The notes beneath the pieces were generated by a model that was given only the letters and a program-made list of their open reading frames with translations, did not search any database and was not told the DNA's origin. Position numbers and translations under genes: made by a program. A stretch of 18,129 nucleotides of DNA, taken from positions 1-18,129 of the forward strand of contig JAHQXC010000022.1 of the NCBI GenBank assembly GCA_029856525.1, read 5' to 3'. Shown here piece after piece: positions 15,456 to 18,129 of the stretch; position 1 is the first letter of the stretch, and the number at the start of each line of letters is the position of its first letter. This DNA comes from Candidatus Odinarchaeia archaeon (GTDB lineage Archaea > Asgardarchaeota > Odinarchaeia > Odinarchaeales > Odinarchaeaceae).

Positions 15456-15470
15456 GGTCGCGGGTTCAAA

Positions 15471-15500
15471 ACCTGAAAGGTGCTCGCCGTCGGGAGGAAA
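15471..15500 (+). other. 30-nt BHB-like intron at position 59/60 of tRNA-Met
   Basis: T stem GCGGG/CCCGC as exon helix, central helix UUCA/AGGA (one A-A mismatch), bulges AA|A and AA|U, intron stem CCUGA/UCGGG. Confidence 0.85.
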
Positions 15501-15573
15501 TCCCGCCCTCGGCACCATTTATAAGCTTTTTCTCCTCTACTCTCTAAAGTTGAAAGGAGTTTACTAAAATCTC

Positions 15574-15840
15574 TTATAATAGGCTCCAATCCCATGCTTT
15601 ATGGCTTCTCTCATAATAGTTTCTCGACTTTTCTTCTTCTCCTTTAAGATGGTATACGTCGCCTAATAGTTTTAGAATAGCTGATATCTCCTTCTTAAAT
15701 TGATTTCTTCCTTTTCTAGCTGTCTCATAATATTTTAAAGCGTCTAGCAGCGCTTTCTCAGCTTCATCCAGTTTTTTAGTAGCATATAGAAGGCAAGCGT
15801 TATCATAGCATTCTTTAGCTGTTTTAACAACATCCTCCAT
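15574..15840 (-). CDS. Small tetratricopeptide-repeat-like protein
   Basis: Helical repeats ACLLYATKKLDEAEKALLDAL and LGDVYHLKGEEEKSRNYYERS. AGGTGA Shine-Dalgarno precedes the ATG at 15840 (track start is GTG 15849). Confidence 0.7.
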   Translation of the reverse strand: MEDVVKTAKECYDNACLLYATKKLDEAEKALLDALKYYETARKGRNQFKKEISAILKLLGDVYHLKGEEEKSRNYYERSHKAWDWSLL

Positions 15841-15922
15841 GCGCGTCACCTGTAGGAGTTAACCTTCTCTTGAAGCAAAGCTTCTAAAAAATTATATTTA
15901 AGTTTTATTCTTTTTTATGATT

Positions 15923-17092
15923 TTAAGGGCATCTCACGATATCCCTACTCCAAAGGCATTCAGCGCAGGACGGCGTGTTACCGTAACAGTCCACTTCATT
16001 CGTGTTAGCGTAGGAGCATCCTTCTCTAGTCGGGCAGTCTATGCATGAGGGGAAATTGAAATCCGCTACTTTATTACGGAATCTCACATATTCCTCCTTC
16101 ATCCAGATGTCTTTCAACCTTTCATTTTTTATGTTTCCATAACTATACTTGTATATTATTTTCTCATGTCCGTTTATATAAGAACGGTATGTGTGAGCGA
16201 AATTATAGCATGGTGTAACATCCCCGTTTACGGTTATCACACACGCCTTATTTTTGATAAAAGCGCAGCTTCTCTCAGTGCGGATTTGAGTATCCGCTAC
16301 ATTAATTTGAATATAGTTTTTAAGGTCAGGTCCAACTGGAACCCATTTATAGATTTCCGCAGGGTCTGCTTGAGGATATAAGCTCTCCCCCATCATATCC
16401 TGAGTGTAAGGTAGCATGTTAGTGATCATGATTCTCTTTATCTGAAGGTCTTTAGCTATCGCTAATAGTTTAGGCAGCTCCTCTATATTCTGCCGCATAG
16501 CCACGAACTCCGCCCAAATCCAGGGCGTGTATTTTCTGATTTTATCCCGGTATTCTGCGAATGATCTTAAATTATTTATAACTTTACTCGCCTGAGGCCC
16601 TCTTATACCTTTGAAAACATCTTCGTTAACAGCGTCTATTGAAACAATCATATAGTCGAAGTTATCTATTATAAGGTCTTGGAATTTATCTATAGTCGTT
16701 CCGTTTGTAGTCAGTATTAACTCTATATTCGGCAGCTTACTTTTAGTAGCTTCAACTATCTCTCTAAACTTCGGATGGATTGTAGGCTCGCCGAGCCCTC
16801 CGAAAACAATTGTTTTAAGTTCAGGTAATTCAGTTAACTGGTCTAATAAGTTTAAGTAATCTTCGAAGAGCATCTCCTCCAGTGACTCCAACCATGATCT
16901 TCTAATACACATTTGACAGTTTAAATTACATTTATTAGTTAACTCCACGTAGACTTTTCGAATATCAGGTTTAGGCGGTATGATTAAAATATGGTCGACT
17001 TCATCTATGATCACTATTTTACCAAGAGGGCTTTGAGCAATCTTCTCTTTTACTTTCTCGATCAACTTCTGTAATTCTGCTTCCATAGTCAT
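15923..17092 (-). CDS. Radical SAM/SPASM protein resembling the tungsten-cofactor oxidoreductase maturase family
   Basis: CNLNCQMC (CxxxCxxC), GGLGEP, LTTNG, and a Cys-rich C-terminus PSCIDCP...C...DCYGNTPSCAECLWSRDIVRCP that I recognise as typical of that family. Confidence 0.82.
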   Translation of the reverse strand: MTMEAELQKLIEKVKEKIAQSPLGKIVIIDEVDHILIIPPKPDIRKVYVELTNKCNLNCQMCIRRSWLESLEEMLFEDYLNLLDQLTELPELKTIVFGGLGEPTIHPKFREIVEATKSKLPNIELILTTNGTTIDKFQDLIIDNFDYMIVSIDAVNEDVFKGIRGPQASKVINNLRSFAEYRDKIRKYTPWIWAEFVAMRQNIEELPKLLAIAKDLQIKRIMITNMLPYTQDMMGESLYPQADPAEIYKWVPVGPDLKNYIQINVADTQIRTERSCAFIKNKACVITVNGDVTPCYNFAHTYRSYINGHEKIIYKYSYGNIKNERLKDIWMKEEYVRFRNKVADFNFPSCIDCPTREGCSYANTNEVDCYGNTPSCAECLWSRDIVRCP

Positions 17093-17186
17093 AGCGACAC
17101 CGGCTCTAATTTAGATGTCATGTTTATGAATAATCTTTAAATGTTAAATATCTATTCAATAATACATTGGAAACTGAGACTATTTA

Positions 17187-17194
17187 TTATATAA
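17187..17194 (+). promoter_or_regulatory. Putative TATA box for the UPF0147 gene
   Basis: TTATATAA about 42-49 nt upstream of the ATG at 17236, with a GGAGGT Shine-Dalgarno at 17223-17228. Confidence 0.45.
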
Positions 17195-17235
17195 GTATAG
17201 AGGTATTTTCTAAAAAATGAGTGGAGGTTTTTAAA

Positions 17236-17526
17236 ATGTCTACGGCTGAGGAGAAAGCTAAGCAAGCCATACAAGTTTTAACTATGATTAGCGAAGACAC
17301 CTCTGTGCCCAGGAATATAAGGAGGGCTGCAAGCGAATCCATCGCGGCTTTAACTGATAGTAGAGTTGAAGGGATGGCGGTTCGAGCTTCAAACGCTATA
17401 TCAATACTGGATGAAATCTCCCAGGATCCGAATTGCCCGCTCCACGCTCGCACAAAGCAGTCCTTTTAAAGGCTGCGTGTAAAAATCTGGAACGCGGTAA
17501 GCATCCTGGAGACTATAAGCGATTAA
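17236..17526 (+). CDS. UPF0147 family protein split by a 27-nt intron: join(17236..17455,17483..17526), 87 aa
   Basis: Family motifs [33 protein letters not shown]. The expected terminal helix [13 protein letters not shown] lies in the same frame after the in-insert TAA at 17467-17469. Confidence 0.88.
17456..17482 (+). other. Candidate BHB/BHL-type mRNA intron (27 nt, contains an in-frame TAA)
   Basis: Central helix GCAC/GUGU, bulges AA|A and AA|A, intron stem GCAG(U)CCUU/AAGGCUGC, distal exon pairing UCCA/UGGA and CCGC/GCGG. Confidence 0.82.
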
Positions 17527-17558
17527 CCTATTTTTACAATTTTTAGCGGGGATTTTTC

Positions 17559-18129
17559 ATGGTTAAAAATAATCTTAGACCGCTTCCTCTTTTACTCCCT
17601 TTTAGCACGGTGTTTATATGGGGGAGTATTCTCACCGCAGCCTTCTTGCATAGCGGTTTTAACTGGCCTGACAGTCTTCTAAGCGATTTAGGCGTCTGCG
17701 AGGTTAGCTATATATTCACGACAGGTTTAGTCGGAGGAGGTGTTCTAGGCTTAGTTTTCACAGTTTTCTATCTCAGCTATTATAGAAGCGATTTCACGCA
17801 TCTCATTAACGGTATTCTCCTCTTACCTACAAATATCTCTTATATTCTAGCAGGGTTGATCCCTATTAGCGCCGGTTTCCCTCATTATTTCTTCGCTTTC
17901 CTAGCGTTCGCATTATCGATTTTCATCTGCGGTCTTTCCAGTATACTTTTTATAGTTTGGAAAAAGTATTTTAAACTCGGAGTCTACGGTTTAACCGTTC
18001 TTTTAATAAGTCTGCTAATATGGGTTTTCATCAGGCTGCCGGGGTTAGCTATCACTGAAACCGCTGTAGGTTTGATGATTTCAAGCTGGTTTTCAGCTTT
18101 AGGAGTCAATCTCTATAAAAATGGGAGGC
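17559..18129 (+). CDS. DUF998-like multi-pass membrane protein, 3'-truncated by the window edge; absent from the ORF track
   Basis: Open frame from the ATG at 17559 to the window end, with FNW...LSDLG, GLIP...H..FA and PGLAITE motifs and several hydrophobic helices. Confidence 0.8.
   Translation, partial: MVKNNLRPLPLLLPFSTVFIWGSILTAAFLHSGFNWPDSLLSDLGVCEVSYIFTTGLVGGGVLGLVFTVFYLSYYRSDFTHLINGILLLPTNISYILAGLIPISAGFPHYFFAFLAFALSIFICGLSSILFIVWKKYFKLGVYGLTVLLISLLIWVFIRLPGLAITETAVGLMISSWFSALGVNLYKNGR

Larger units (their letters stand above)
15336..15517 (+). tRNA. Elongator tRNA-Met(CAU) interrupted by four introns; CCA encoded
   Basis: Removing 15+36+23+30 nt from the 182-nt gene gives the 78-nt cloverleaf GCCGAGGUGGCUCAGCCUGGUUAGAGCGCCGG|ACUCAUA|AUCCGGA|GGUCGCGGGUUCAAA|UCCCGCCCUCGGCACCA. 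G1-C72 argues against initiator tRNA, and C2-G71/C3-G70 favours Met over Ile2. Anticodon at 15386-15388. Confidence 0.88.

Noticed and set aside
15471-15500. Possible intron nested inside the tRNA-Met 59/60 intron (CUGA/UCGG helix)
   Set aside because: The inner stem does not close, and its removal would worsen the outer motif.
15392-15595. 67-aa minus-strand ORF
   Set aside because: Antisense to the intron-containing tRNA-Met, which fully explains the sequence.
17467-17469. Stop-codon readthrough or Sec/Pyl recoding as the explanation for the UPF0147 stop
   Set aside because: The codon is TAA rather than TGA or TAG, and readthrough would leave a 9-residue insertion in a conserved segment, whereas excision restores the consensus exactly.
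1-18129. CRISPR arrays, IS elements, integrases, inteins, rRNA
   Set aside because: No regularly spaced repeats, transposase or integrase motifs, intein signatures or rRNA-like sequence were seen.

Overview
An AT-rich archaeal chromosomal window, mostly housekeeping genes. The Elf1 gene and the relaxed tRNA-intron motifs point to the TACK/Asgard side of Archaea; I cannot assign the taxon more precisely. Proteins in order: coiled-coil C-terminus, MoaC, MoaB, TruA, RFC small subunit, membrane hypothetical, PGK, Trbp111-like tRNA-binding protein, archease, 5-OB-fold RPA, SufS-type cysteine desulfurase, small winged-helix protein, Elf1, Mut7-C RNase, AMMECR1, MurG-like glycosyltransferase, TrpRS, MBL-fold hydrolase, TPR protein, tungsten-oxidoreductase-type radical SAM maturase, UPF0147 and a partial DUF998. 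The notable signal is RNA splicing. All three tRNA genes are multiply interrupted by bulge-helix-bulge (BHB) type introns: tRNA-Pro(UGG) has 2, tRNA-Thr(UGU) has 2 and elongator tRNA-Met(CAU) apparently has 4. In addition, the UPF0147 protein-coding gene carries a 27-nt stop-containing insert (17456-17482) framed by a BHB-like motif. Removing it restores the family C-terminus (HARTK|[13 protein letters not shown]), making it a candidate tRNA-endonuclease-spliced mRNA intron outside the known cbf5 case. All folds were derived by hand and family calls come from motif recognition; no searches were run.
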